Origin: Raillietiella orientalis
Taxonomy: Eukaryota
DNA length: 64,000 nucleotides
Direction of reading: 5' to 3'
NCBI GenBank assembly: GCA_036172245.1
Contig: JAYWIR010000001.1
Location: 7,750,001 to 7,814,000 of the forward strand
Shown: positions 63,981-64,000 of the stretch, piece by piece
Numbering within the stretch: position 1 is the stretch's first letter
Layout of the letters: each line of letters opens with the position of its first letter
Program-made: the position numbers and the translations under genes
Notes under the pieces: generated by a model
The model's input: only the letters and a program-made list of their open reading frames with translations
Database searches by the model: none
What the model was told of the DNA's origin: nothing

Positions 63981-64000
63981 GTAAGCAACTTGAAGATTCC

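Noticed and set aside
1..64000. CRISPR array, rRNA/tRNA genes, or a prokaryote-style novel operon
   Set aside because: No regularly spaced repeat-spacer pattern or structural RNA signature was seen; the window is spliceosomal-intron-containing eukaryotic DNA.

Overview
Eukaryotic, intron-containing genomic DNA. It is GC-rich and full of microsatellites and homopolymers, and it looks arthropod-like from the protein it encodes. The one confidently identifiable gene is the 5' half of a + strand papilin (Ppn/PAPLN, ADAMTS-like extracellular matrix protein). I reconstructed 13 GT-AG exons between 46212 and 63980 (1801 nt, all splice phases consistent). They encode a signal peptide, a furin-type RSKR site, TSR1, the Cys-rich/spacer papilin cassette, TSR2-TSR5 and the start of TSR6; the gene runs off the right edge. 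The start codon must lie in an upstream phase-2 exon, with candidates at 28690-28706 or a split AT|G at 43759-43760. TSR3 has lost exactly one disulfide pair of cysteines. The intron after the signal-peptide exon carries two adjacent MITE-like elements, a degenerate microsatellite field and a short duplication. The left 45 kb has no recognisable protein family. It does contain a diverged ~200 bp duplication, a perfect 21-bp hairpin, CpG/triplet-rich promoter-like islands and a candidate chain of small antisense exons. Almost all ORFs in the supplied track look like GC-rich noise. I found no evidence for CRISPR arrays, rRNA, tRNA or a novel multi-gene system.
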